From the NCBI RefSeq assembly GCF_009914755.1, contig NC_060939.1: a DNA stretch of 64,000 nucleotides; one strand, given 5' to 3'. Made by a program: the position numbers and the translations under genes. Under the pieces are notes generated by a model that did no database searches, was not told the DNA's origin, and saw only the letters and a list, made by a program, of their open reading frames with translations. Shown piece after piece: positions 26,417-40,130 of this stretch; the first letter of the stretch is position 1, and every line of letters begins with the position of its first letter. Source of the stretch: the human T2T-CHM13v2.0 reference genome, Homo sapiens.

Positions 26417-27143
26417 CTATTTAATTTTCTGTGTTTTCTTCCCAATTATGGTACAATCTCCTTGAAAACAGGCAATGTTGCTAATGAATATGTCATCTTC
26501 CTAGAGCCATAGTGGGCAAACTGCTGAATGTCCAAAATATTGAAATGAATTACATTTTCTAATTCCAGTTCATAGGCATGAGAAAATCTAGCAGATACTT
26601 TAAAGAAAGACTTAGAGCATTCCAATAACACCAAGACAGAGGGAAGAAGAGAATAGGAATAGAAGATTCACTATTGAGAGGGCAAAATCAGGACAGATCC
26701 ATGTGTAGGGAACACGGAAAGAGAACATTTCAAAACTGGGGCTAGGGATGAGAGGGGGCATTGTAGCTTCCTTTAGCACATGGTGCAGATGGAGATGAGG
26801 CTGCATAAGGAGCAGAGTTGAGCTGAGCCCCTGTACATCTCTGTCCCACCCTTCCTTCCAGCCACACGCTTTCACTGAGCATCCTTTATTCACTGCCAAT
26901 GTTACACTCAGTTGAAAGTTTTTAAAAGATGGATAAAATATAATGGAGACTACCTTTTGGGGAAGTTAATGACTAGGGCATGACATGGGGTGGCAGTCCT
27001 CTGAGGCAGCTGATTGGTCTTTCTCATGATCTGGGTACTGATTACACAGGTATGTTCGCTTTGTGAAAATTCATAAGGCTGCACACTTATGATCTGTCCA
27101 CTGTTCTCCATGTATGTTACCTAACAATAAAAAGCTTACACTA

Positions 27144-27437
<294 letters not shown>

Positions 27438-27869
27438 TCACCAAACAAAGAATCCCTGCCCTCAAGGAGCTCCCTACCTAGGGAGGGAAGGAGAGAGGAA
27501 GATTGTTCTCTTATTGTCCTGTTTTAGGCACTGAGAAAGCCACCGAGCTGCAGTGCAGAGTAGACAGCATTTACCTTCTCAGTGCCCAGCATAGCACGAC
27601 ACACATTCCACGCACAGGAAGTGTTCTGTGGGGAGCTCCGTGGGTTCTGTCCTCATTCCCCACGTGCCTGCACTTAAAGGAAAGTTCCTACCAAGAGGAC
27701 ACATTGTGTCCTTTTGCACTTTGCTTTTCCCCCAGAGGATTCCAAACCCGGACCATTCACCAGCTGCAACAGATTGTGGCAGATGCTACTGGAGAAAAGA
27801 GGGACGTGCCCCTATGGGTCAGAATGGCTGGCTGGTCTCTCCCTGACCCACTAGGCTGCCTGCTCACCA

Positions 27870-28100
27870 TTATTGATAATGACTAACATTTAATTGAGTA
27901 TTTATTATGCATCAGCACTGGGTTTAATTCTTTGCCAAATTAACTCAATCGTCACAGTAACTCTATGGGTTAAGAGCTATTATTTTCCCCATTTTGCAGA
28001 TTAGGAAGCTAAATGTCATATGGCTACTAAATGGTAAAGCCTGGACTCAAATGTGGAGCTAGGCGACCTCAGCACTCATGTACTCAACCTCCAGGCTGTA
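27870..28100 (-). mobile_element. MIR
   Basis: ccccattttgcagattaggaagct. Confidence 0.65.
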
Positions 28101-28849
28101 TTTCTTTTTCACGAGGGAAGGTGTGGGGGTTTCCTATTGGTACATAACAGGCCTGATCCTAGAGGAAAGTCAGCAAGGAGGTCTGGGACAAGGTTTGCCC
28201 ATTTTGAGGGGCTTTAGTCCACAGATTGCTTCATAGTGGCTTGCTGAATTTTTAAAGAACTTCCTGTAGTGCTACTGCAGGCCCCAGCTGGGAGAGCCCC
28301 AAGGCCCTCCGACCATCCTGCGAGCAGTACGTCCAGGCTTCCAGCCTGCAGGCACTTTCCAACCACTATGGCAAGTCAGGCCATGGGGAGCTCATTTGTG
28401 GGAACTCACTAAGTGCTCCACAAACATCATCCAGAGAGATTAATTGGTGGTTGAAGTCTGATTGCTTGGAGGTCCCTTGTTGATAGTTTGAAAAGGCAAA
28501 CACGATAGGTGGGCTGCTCCATTGGCAGCTTTTGCGGCAGGCCAGGCTGAGGACAGGGCTGCTCAGGCGTGACCCAATTACCTGAAAATGGTCATTAGCT
28601 GCATCCATTATGAGCTGTGTTTTCCCGAAGCCTACCTTGGTTCCAGGTTTTCCAAAGTTGCAATCAATCCAAATTAAACTGCATGAGACATTCAATAAAA
28701 CAACTGGTTGTAAACTATTTGCCCTTTAGTAACTTCCAAAGCTTATTCCCCCGGACACCAAAGGCCATTTTTTACATTAATGTTTGTGATATTTTCTGTC
28801 ACTTTCTAGGTTAAGTTTGCAAGCTCAACATTCGAAATGCTGTTGGTCT

Positions 28850-29350
28850 GTTAATTCACTTCAACAAGCATCTGTTACAGGCCTAGGGATGTTCCAGGTC
28901 CTGTGCCAGGAAGTAAGGATCATTAGAGAAAAACAACACTCGACATGGCCTCAAAGAGCTTGCAGCCTAGGGATGTGGACAGATGTATTGGTTGTATTTT
29001 GCTCCAACCTAATATAAACTAAGAATAATGCAATGAAATGTGTGTTAGAACAGAGGTGTGTTCAAAGTGACATGGCACCTCCAAAACAATGACATCTAAC
29101 TTTGTGTGGGTCTTGGGGGAAGTGAAGGAAAGATTTGAGGAGTGGATGGCATTTGAGCAGAAGGGAAAAAACATGGAAGGACACACTGGCCTGCTCCCAG
29201 GGTCCTAGCAGTCTGACATGCTGGGACTTTGGCTATCTGGGTGAGGAGCTGGAGAAGAGGCTTACTAGTGCCACAGTGAGGGTCTTCACTTTATCCTGTA
29301 GGAAGTGGAGAATTTCACGTGGGGCCCTTAGTGGTGATCAAGTTGTCATG
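28850..29350 (-). mobile_element. L2 fossil
   Basis: ttcacttcaacaagcat..tgttccagg..ctcaaagagcttgcagcctag. Confidence 0.6.
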
Positions 29351-29849
29351 GAAACCAATGGATTTTTTTTTTTTTTCTCTAAAGGAAGTCTTCCGGTTTA
29401 CCTGAGATTAATGTGTTCTGTTCTGTAATATTGGGTTTCTTAATTATAATGACAACATTAAACAGAGTTGTATATATGTGTGGAAAGCTCAGGAAATGTT
29501 TTGGTTTGGAGATACAGATTTTGGAGTAATACAAATATAATTTTTTAATTGAAGCTGTTGGAGTGAATAAACTCACCAAAGGAGAAGTTATTTTAAAAAT
29601 TAAAAGTATAGAGGAGGCTTTGGATTCAACAAAAATATGAAATACCTGTTAGTGCACTTACCAAGACATGAAAAGTATCATATAAAAAATTATGCCACTT
29701 TGCTAAAAGACAAAAAAGAAATTTAAGATATCAATCCTTTGCAAATAAAACTACACCATTAAGGTCATCCCAACCAAACTCCATATGGTATTAACTTTTT
29801 TAATTTGATAACTGTAATTCTAAAGGTCATCTGGAGCCCTGATTATTTT

Positions 29850-30895
29850 AAAATCTGTTCTGATACCCCTGAATGTCCCCAACATCCTTTCCAAGAGTCT
29901 GCCAGTCCAAAATTATTTTTATATTAGTAAGGTCTGTTGGCCATTTTCACTTTCATTCTTTCACAAATAAAGAGTGGAGTTTTCTAAAGCCATACAACGT
30001 AATTAAATCATCATTTGATAGTTATTAGAAGATGAGCTTGTATATTCATGTGTTTTTAGAATATTCAAATGTAGTAAGTTTAGAGAATAAATATATGCAT
30101 TTTGAGGATTAACTCTTCATTCTCTGTGCTTTTACTGTGTTTTGCTGTTGTCTCACTATTTCTTATTTACTATTCCTCTGTAATGACATTTATCATCCTG
30201 TAAATCATCACTTTAAAATCTCAAAGCTTTCTTTGTGGCTATGCAAAAACCAACAAGAAATAATGCAACTTGTCAGATTTTGCAATAATACTTAAAAGAT
30301 TTTTGAAAAAGTTTCTGAATTATGTTACCTAAAACTTATTTTAGAATTACGTATTTTATTCAAAATAAAAGAAACAAACACATAAAGTATTTGTCTCGTA
30401 TTTACTGCCCATTGGCTTGAAGAAGATTGAAAGATTTGCTTTCTCAACCTACAGGTGCACCATCTAAGTCTAAAGATGCTAAAGAGAGATGAAACAGATG
30501 TATCAGAGAATTCACTGACTCATGAAAACGAGGAATCTATGCCAAAGAAACTGGAAAAAACTATAAATAAGAAACAGAAATATGACAAACATTCTTGTTC
30601 TCTTGGCTTTAGAAATGTTAGTAATTTACCTTATTGTGCCATGTGTAACCAAATATTTTCAAATAGGATTATGGTGCCTGTTAAGTATCTGCATCCTTTT
30701 GAGTCTAATCATTCAGTGTTTCAAGACAACAGAATAGAATATTTAAGTGTAGGCATGATGAGCTCTTTGAAAGGCAGACATAGTGTTTTACAGCTTTTCA
30801 AGCCAGAAATGATAAAGCCACTAAAGTATCTTATCTTACAGGGTAAGTTACCCCATTGCACTGACTGGAGAAGTGCAAACAATAATGAAAAGACT
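29850..30895 (+). mobile_element. Charlie1 (hAT) 5' part with decayed BED zinc-finger transposase N-terminus
   Basis: Translation KQKYDKHSCSLGF..PYCAMCNQIFSN..MVPVKYLHPFESNH resembles the Buster/Charlie BED finger; Charlie1-like 5' sequence. Confidence 0.75.
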
Positions 30896-30899
30896 AATA

Positions 30900-31750
30900 C
30901 TCTTTTATTGAACAGGACTGATAACTTCAAAGACATTTTCCTTCCTTGTATCATATCTATTGATATATACCTATTGGAAATTAAAACTGAGAGATATTTA
31001 AAATATTTGTTTGCTAAGGCATGTAGAAATAAACACAATGAGTGGCCTGTGTTTAGGAAAAAAATAAATAAATAAACACAATGTAACCATTACATGTTAA
31101 CATAAATAACATGATTTCTATTTTTAAAAAGCTACATTTTTTAAGACAAAATATTGGTAAGGACAGGGTTTGGTTTTTTTGTTTTGTTTTGTTTTGTTTG
31201 TTCTTTTACAGTTTGAAAATCTCTTCACTGTCTAGTTTACTAGAAGACTGCTTGATTTTTACATCTGATTCAGCATCCAATCTATTGGCCTATGTTGTTT
31301 TGGTTAAAGTATATAAAGAAAATCTGACCTCATACATACAAGTAGTTGGAAAAGGGAGGAGTCTTTTAATAGCCTTTTCAGGCAATTGTGGATATTCTTC
31401 TCTGATATTAAACCAATACTCAACATATGGTAGTTTCTTAAAGGTTGCTTCCAATGTGTCATCTGAAATTATATCACGGACATTTTTGTACTCTATTACA
31501 TTAAAATGTACTGGTCTATCTAATTCTTTAAATAAGTCTTTTATCCATGATTTTATAATGCTCTTTATTGTTAATTTGAAAAATATTGGTTCAGCAAATT
31601 ATTCAGGCCTTCAAAATGTTGACATATTTCATTATACAAAATTTTCAAAATCACATTCATTAATATCATCGTTGATATCATCAGAAAGTGGCACCACCAT
31701 GATTTCTTTTACTGACTTCTCATCTGGCAGGCATTTGGCAATGCCAACTG
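30900..31750 (-). mobile_element. Charlie1 (hAT) 3' part in inverted orientation
   Basis: Reverse complement matches the recalled Charlie1 3' region (gaagaatatccacaatt..aaggctattaaaa..ccttttccaactac; cattacatgttaacataaataacat). Confidence 0.75.
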
Positions 31751-31846
31751 TACATTGTATGTAATGAAAACTCACACTAGGAAAAAAAACTCAGCAAATG
31801 TGCAAGGACTATGTTTAAGAATGTTCTTCATAACATTGTTTTCAAA

Positions 31847-32070
31847 AGACCAGCCTGGCCAACATGGCGAAACCCTGTCTCTACTAAAAGTACAAAAATT
31901 AGCCGGGCGTGGTGGTGGGCACCTGTAATCCCAGCTACTTGGGAGGCTGAGGCAGAAGAATCACTTCAACCCGGGAGGTGGAGGTTGCAGTGAGCCGAGG
32001 TCACATCACTGCGCTCCAGCCTGGGTGACACAGCAAGACTCTGTCTCCAAATAAATAAATAAATAAATAA
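31847..32070 (+). mobile_element. 5'-truncated Alu with (TAAA)n tail
   Basis: Begins agaccagcctggccaacatgg. Confidence 0.92.
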
Positions 32071-32244
32071 ACTAATCTAATCCTCAACCATGAATAAGGG
32101 ATTATTTCAATAAGATATGATGCAACCTTAGAATAGAATATGGTGCAGCCACTGAAAACAATAATGATACCAATGGAGAGATGCCCATGACAAATTGTTA
32201 GCTGAAAACAGTAGACTCTAAGTTAATATGGATAGTATGAACCC

Positions 32245-32670
32245 ATGTGTGGGAGATATTACTAGTATTTCCACATGCAGTCCTCCTCCTTTTTTGGGCA
32301 GGCAGCAAGCCTCCCTTTCCAGTTTCATTGAAACTAGATGGAATCACAGGACTAGCTCTGATCAATGGGATGAGTGCAGAGTGACTGGTGTGATTTCTGG
32401 GTTGAGGAAGCAAAAAGCCAATGTCCAATTGGCCAATGTCCAGTCTTTCTTTCTCTTCTCAGTAACCAAGAAGCCCCATCCATGGTCCAGATGGTGCAGT
32501 CACAAGACAGTGGAGTCTCTGCTAGCCTGGCTCGCTGAAAAGCCATGTAGAGCAGAGACCCTGCCAACCTGTGTTGGAAAAGCATCATGAGCAGGAATAA
32601 ATCTTTGTTTTATTAAGCCACTGAGAATCCAGAGTTAATTTATTGCCACAGTAAAACTTAGTTAACATGA
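32245..32670 (+). mobile_element. MaLR LTR (MLT1I/J-like)
   Basis: ctagctctgatcaatggga; aataaatctttgttttattaagccactgag. Confidence 0.7.
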
Positions 32671-33502
32671 GCAACGTGCTATTTTATTAAATAAAATCAC
32701 AACAAATGTGGTGTGTGAATACACGCACGTGTGTATGTTTGCGTTTGCTTAGTATAATATCTGGAAAATTATATTCCAGGATGTAGGTGGAATATGGATA
32801 TTCATAATTTTAATTTTACTCTATATTCTTTTTCCTGAACTTTATGTAATAAATATGTATTTCAAAATCAGAAACAGCAGAACTATTTCCATTTTGGTAA
32901 ATAAAAAGCACATTGATAATATCTTAGGTAAGAATGATCTCGGTCATTTGCGGGCTTATGTCCAGTCATGTTCATCTGTTATTAAGGGAAGATAATAAAC
33001 CTCTAAGCATGCTTTTTGCAATAAACAAGCATATCACGTTCGGGTAAGATTGTATTTTCCTTTTGGACCAGTACTGAGGGGGGACTACAATTGAAATGAA
33101 ATATGAGAGTGCCACGTGGGTGGATGCCAGATTGGGCAGGTCTTGAACACCAGAGTACCAAAAGAAAGACCTTGAAAGGGAGAAAAGAGAAGGAGTGGAA
33201 CGAAAGCACGGGCCAGCTGACCCACCGTCCTGACCATGCCCCAGCCATGTTCCCAGGCAGCTAGTGTCACAGCTGGAAACACAACAGAACTGTCAGAACC
33301 CATGAAATCAACCACATAAGTTAGGTTTCTGCTTGCTGGTGCTTGTTATTCATTCTGTGACAGAGAGAAACAAAAGAGCCGTATCTTTTTCAAGATAGGA
33401 AATCAAAGCAGAGACTTTGATGCCGTTTCATGAAGAGTCCTAACGCTTCCTTGCCTGTATCTGTGCTCACCTGGCCCCTTCCACTTGCTCCAACAGATAT
33501 AT

Positions 33503-33627
33503 CTTTAGTATAAATATGTCCCAAATATTGCATGGAACATATTTAACTGAAAAATTAATCTGTTGTTGATCTGAAGTTTAAATTTAACTAGGTATCCTGT
33601 ATTTTTATTTGCTATATCTGGCAACCT
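33503..33627. mobile_element. MER53 hAT MITE, right half
   Basis: tatgtcccaaatattgcatgg ... aaatttaact..tcctgtattttt..tctggcaacct. Confidence 0.8.
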
Positions 33628-34404
33628 TAAAAGAGAGAAGATATGTTCTACTTCCTGTCCCTGACAATGGCACCCCACACTCACTTCTTCACCCCAGCAG
33701 CCACAGTCTATTCTAGTAGAAGCAACTGTATCCAGTGTGCATTCTGTGCAATGCCTGCAGACTCAACCTCATTTCCCACCCTCAGCAATGCCAGCACCAG
33801 CTAGCTAGTGCCCCCTCCTCAGAAGTCTGGGTCCCAGCATCAAGGATCCTCCTCCAAGTTCAGACACACTGGCCCCAGCCTATCAGTGCCCCCTTCACAG
33901 AAGTCTGAGCTTCAACTCGGAGATGGTTTCAACTGCTTCCTCCTGTTCCCCCAGCCTTTGGGATGGCAATTGCTTCCTCCAATTGTTACTTCTTGATACA
34001 TTAGTATTTTCTTTTGGCCTCTTTAGTTCTTTAATAACTAGTGAACAATTCTTTACATCGAATTTTCTCTGTTAAATAACGGACATGGTTTCTGTCTTGG
34101 GACTGGACTGGCCCATCTGTACCTAATGTTGGCAGCAGGGGAAAAGGAATGGTGGTATTGTTGTAAAGGGGAGAAGAAAAGCAGGCTGGTTGTCTGGAGT
34201 CTACATGGGGAGAATGGAGTGCCAGGGAACTAGCCCTGGAAGAAATGGGCTCCAGTGTTTATCATGCAGATCACCTACAGGGTTTCCTGACTAGGGAGCA
34301 GGAGTGGCTGTGCCACAGGGACTGGTAGCCAAGTAATGAAAAGTTGGTACTGGGAAATGGCAAGGGATCAAGCGAAGAAATGGACATGAAAGTGCATGAC
34401 AAGA

Positions 34405-34616
34405 AGTGGCAGGTGGGCGAGCATTACCACCTGAGCTCTGCTGCCTGTCAGGTCAGTGGTGGCATTATATTCTCATTGGAGCAGGAACCCTATTGTGAAC
34501 TGTGCATGTGGGGGTTCTAGGTTATGCGCTCCTTATGAGAATCTAATGCCTGATGATCCCCCCACACTCATCCATGGAAAAACAGGTCCCTATTGCCAAA
34601 AGGTTGGGGACTTCTG
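34405..34616 (+). mobile_element. MER1B-like fragment (hAT-Charlie)
   Basis: gagcattaccacctgagctc..ccctattgtgaactg..aaaaggttggggac. Confidence 0.85.
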
Positions 34617-34725
34617 GCTCAAAGCAACACGAACTTATCGTCTTACAGTTCCAGGGGTCAGAAGTCTAAAATGACTCTCCCTAGGCCGAAATCAAAGTGT
34701 CAGCAGTGCTTCCTTCCTTCTAAAG

Positions 34726-35228
34726 CAGCGGTCCTCAACCTTTTTGGCAACAGGGACCTGTTTTATGGAAGACAATTTTTCCACAGACCAGGGCGGGGAG
34801 ACGGTTTTGGGATTATACAAACACATTATATTTATTGTGCACTTTATTTCTATTATTATCACACTGTAATATGTAATGAAATAATTATACAACTTGGCAT
34901 ATTGTAGAATCAGTGGGAATCCTGAGCTTGTTTTCCTACAACAAGACGGTCCTGTCTGGGGGTGATGGGAGACAGTGACAGAACATCAGGCATTAGATTC
35001 TCATAAGGAGTGCCCACCTAGATGCCTCGCATGCGCAGTTCACAATAGGGCTCACGCTCCTACGAGAATCTAATGTCACCGCTGATCTGACAGGAGACGG
35101 AGCTCAGGTGGTAATGAGAGGGGCTATAAATACAGATGAAGCTTCCCTCACTCGCCTGCCACTCACCTCCTGCTTGTGCCATCCAGTTCTAACATACTGG
35201 CCCATGGCCCAGGGGTTGGGGACCCACG
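34726..35228 (-). mobile_element. MER1A (hAT-Charlie), near full length
   Basis: cagcggtcctcaacctttttggc ... ggggttggggaccc; degenerate 8-bp TSD TTCTAAAG / TTCTAGAA. Confidence 0.9.
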
Positions 35229-35329
35229 TTCTAGAAGATCTAGGATCGAGGAGACAATCTGTTTTCTTGCTTTTTCCAGCATCTAGAGGTTGCCCACATC
35301 CCTTTGTTCCTGACCCACATCATTCTTTA

Positions 35330-35441
35330 TATTTTTAAAATTTTTTGTAGTGATGGAGTCTCGCTATGTTGCCCAGGCTAGTCTCAAACTCTTGGCCTCA
35401 ACTGATCCTCCAGCCCTGGCCTCCCAAAGTGCCGAGATTAC
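35330..35441 (-). mobile_element. Alu left-monomer fragment (FLAM/AluJ-like)
   Basis: gtctcgctatgttgcccaggctagtctcaaactc..ctcccaaagtg. Confidence 0.8.
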
Positions 35442-35763
35442 AGTGACCCACATCATTCTGACCTCTGCTGTTGACATCACATCTCAGACTCTCCTACTTC
35501 CCTCTTGCACTTTTAAGGATCTTTGTGATCTGGGCACTCCCAGATAATCCAGGATAATCTCTCCATCTCAATATTTGTAACCTCAATCACATATGCAAAG
35601 TCCTTTTTGCAATATAAGGTAAACATATTCACAGATTCCAGGAATTAGGATGTAGACCTCTTTGGGAGACATTATTCTGCTTACCACAGAGACCATGAGA
35701 GAGCTTCATGTGCACCAGTCCCTTTGACTAACTGAAGTGGAGGAGGGTTGATTCACCTGCTTG

Positions 35764-36810
<1,047 letters not shown>

Positions 36811-38577
36811 AGGGTGACCTATGATTCTTCAGACAACTCCAGCATGAGGTGGCAGTTACCTATGGGTCATTTTTGGTTCCACCAAGGATGACAATGGGGA
36901 GCAGTATGGAGAAGCTGGCCCACATGATCAGGACAGGTCATATCAACAAGAATATTTACAACACCCACGGTATTGGAAAAGTCCCTCATTGGCCATTAAC
37001 CCTGGGAACTCAAGATAAGTAGCAAATGGCAGGAAAGGTAACAAGAGGAAGGAATAGTGAAGGTGTGAGTGGGGTGCTGTGGAGGAACTACTCTAGCATT
37101 TCAGTTCTGCCCTGGAGTGTTGCTGCTGCCAGAGCCCTGCCCCAGAGGACAGACATCCTTCCATAGAGAATCAACCAGGAGAGAAGCCAATTGGCAATTT
37201 GGTACCCTTAAACATTTTATTATTGTAACTTAGGAGCCAGGACTTCTGTTCCAGAACACCTGCCAAGTTGGCCAGCAAGAGAGGTTTTTCTGAATATGCT
37301 AAGCCAGAAAAAGCAATGTCCATTTGCTCATGTGACCCTTTGTCTGACAGCTTTAAGAAGCACCAAAAGTCAATTATCTGAAACCTAATTTCCCAAATGG
37401 AGTAACAAAGGGACAGAGAAGGTAATTAGCAGTTCCTGTGCATCATTTGGGAGACAGGTCAAGAACACAAACCCCAGGCCAGCCACATCCTGGCCACCAT
37501 TTATATCCTCCCAAACCATGCTGCCATTTCATGCATGGTGAATCTTCCAGGCATGTGGTTCAGGGGGCTTACAAACAGCTGTGTAAGCAAAAAAGCACAT
37601 AAAATGGCAAAGTCATCACCTTCTTTCATAACACATCTTGCTTCCTTGTAGACATTTTTTAAATTCATAGCAGTGTCTCCAATATTTCTGTTATCTTTAA
37701 CTGTTGTTATGCCACTCTCTGATTTTCCAAATGAGGAAGTGGTCTCAAAGGGGTGAAGTGACTCAACGTTTATTGAACTTTATGAACTTGCCATTGCGGT
37801 TGTCTTTGGGAGCTTTGCAAGGATGGACAAGAAGTGGTTCCTGCCTTCACAGGACTTCCCACCTGGAGAACTACAGGTGTGAGTAGAATATGAAAATAAA
37901 AGCTGTGCATGCTACAAGTGGAGAACAGATAAAGTGCAAAGTGTTTGGAGAAAATATAACTCCTGGACAGGGGGAAAGGCAATGTTTCCCAGAGAAGGTA
38001 GAGTTCGTGCTGAGCACAGAAAGAAGCAGAGATGGATGGGAGAGCAAAGGCATAGATGCAGCAGAATCAAGGTTTTGTTGGGGGAACAATGGGCCTCCAA
38101 CTGGGTTGGAATATCCAGATGATATAGGGTGGTAGAAAGAAGAAAGGAATCAATGAAACAGAGCATACGATTTTTACTCTAAGAAACCTGCAGTCATCAA
38201 ATGCACACATGTGAAAACAGAGCCACAAAGGGGCAGTGCATGAAAAAGTGGGTTGTAAGAACTGAGCGGATGAGGAGCCCAAAGGCAAGGAGGTAACCAA
38301 GACAACAGATGGGACTGGGGAGGACAGGGGTCTGGATCTGGGTTTTGAAGGAGCTGAGTCGGGGTAGGGGGTATGTCTTATTTATGGACAACTTGGCAGC
38401 CTGAGCCCAACTTTCTGGGGTGTTCCAAAATCCATGAGTGCACAGTGATTCTATGACCCAGAAAGTTCCAGAAAGCTGGCAGATGCCTCAGGGTTCCCTT
38501 ACAATGAAGCTGTCCCATTGACTTGTAGATTTAAAAAAGGCTCCTAAATACCCAATACCGTGTTTTCTGATGGCTCC

Positions 38578-39064
38578 CATGGGAGATGCTGTGCTTGCTC
38601 CGCATTTATTCCAACCTCTTTAGTGTGTCTCCCGGACGGCAGTCTGGAAAGCTAAAACCAATTCCCATACACCCTTGCAGCCAGGGTTCCACACATTATG
38701 ATCCCCCAAGCAGATCTACACTAGGGTGAGAACTGATTAAGAAACTAAGTTAAGTAGGAGGGACACAGAAGGTGAGTGGGCAGGAGGACCAGAGGACATC
38801 CATTCTGCGGATGCAAATTGTCACAGCAAGGTCCTGGGGAAGGATGTCCAGTGGTAACCTTCAGTGATAGCAAGGACAGCAGCTTCCTGGACAGCTCCAC
38901 CGTGAAGTATGGTTTTAGGAGTTGCTCCTGAACACTCAGTCTGGAGTCTGTTCCTTAAGCCCTTGCAATTTTTAGTAACCCATTTACTACCTAGAAATAT
39001 AACCCTTTCTGCTTAAACTAGCCAGAGTCAATTTTGTTCTCTGTAACTGAATCCTGACTCACAT
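38578..39064 (+). mobile_element. ERVL LTR16-like
   Basis: cccttgcagccaggg; ttctgcttaaactagccagagt..ctgtaactgaatcctgact. Confidence 0.65.
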
Positions 39065-39134
39065 AAGAGCTTGGAATGTCTCCTATTAGCAAAAGGGCAT
39101 GTGAAGTGTGGTCACCTCAGGCCTCAAAGCAATA

Positions 39135-39607
39135 TGGTACAGGAGGCCATATAATGGTCCCCAAGACACCCATGCCCTAATCCTCAGAACCTACGAATGT
39201 GTTATCTTACACAGTAAAAGAGACTTTACACATGTCAATAAATTAAAGATCTTAAAACAGGGGCATTGTCCTGGGTTAGCCACATGGGTACCCAAGGCAA
39301 TCACAAGGCTTCTTGTAAGAGGGACACAGGAGGGTCGGAGAAGGAGATGTGAGGACAGGAGGAGAGGTCAGGGCAATGTAGGGCCATGCCTCCAGGAGCT
39401 GGCTGCTTCCAGAAGATGGAACAGGCAACGAAATGGATTTTCCTTTGAAGCCTCCAGAAGGCACACCGCCCCTGCCAACAACTTGATTTTAGCCCTGTAA
39501 GATTCATGCAGACTTCTGACCTCCACAACTATAGGGCAGAAAATTGTATTTCTCTAAGCCTCTATATCAGTGGTAATGTGTTACAGCAGTGATAGGAAAC
39601 TAACAAA
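39135..39607 (+). mobile_element. MaLR LTR (MLT1D-like)
   Basis: aatggtccccaaga..gaatgtgttatcttaca..gacttctgacctcca..ggaaactaaca. Confidence 0.85.
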
Positions 39608-39659
39608 GGTGGCAATGAGAATCCGCCCTATGACTGCTGAGAAAGTTACCTTACCCTTT

Positions 39660-40130
39660 TGTATTGGTTTCTTAGGGCTGCCGTAACAAATTACCACAAA
39701 CTAAATGGCTCAAAACAACCAAATTTTATTTTCTCACAATTCTGGAGGGCAAAAGTCTGAAATCCAGGTGTTAGCAGTGCCGCACTCCCTTCAAAGGATC
39801 TAGGAAAGGATTTGATCCTTGGTTCTTCCAGCTTCTGGTGGCTCCTGGCATTCCTTGGCTTGCAGTTGCATCACTCCAACATCTGCTTCTGTGGTCACGT
39901 TGCCTCCTCCTCTTCTCTGTGTCTTCTCCTTTGTGTGTCTCACTCTAAGACATGTTAAATCATGTCTCTCTTATAAGGCATGGATTGCATTTAGGGCTTA
40001 TCCAGATAATCCAGGATAAGCTCCTCCTTTCAAGATCTTTCATTTAATCACAGCTCTTATCATATAAGGTGACATTCACAGGTTCCAGGGAGTAGGAGGT
40101 GAGCATATCTTTTGGAGGCCCCCACTACAC
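39660..40130 (-). mobile_element. MaLR LTR (MLT1B/C-like)
   Basis: tgtattggtttcttagggctgccgtaacaaattaccacaaac start. Confidence 0.85.

Larger units (their letters stand above)
34617..35688 (-). mobile_element. MaLR LTR (MLT1C/D) interrupted by MER1A and an Alu fragment
   Basis: tcttacagttccagggg; ataatccaggataatctc; ggaattaggatgtagacctctttggg. Confidence 0.8.

Noticed and set aside
30455-31075. 206-aa ORF as a domesticated ZBED-like gene
   Set aside because: Homology is limited to a decayed BED finger, then the frame runs into inverted non-coding Charlie1 sequence; no catalytic domain
31111-31764. 217-aa + strand ORF
   Set aside because: Antisense read-through of the Charlie1 transposase remnant
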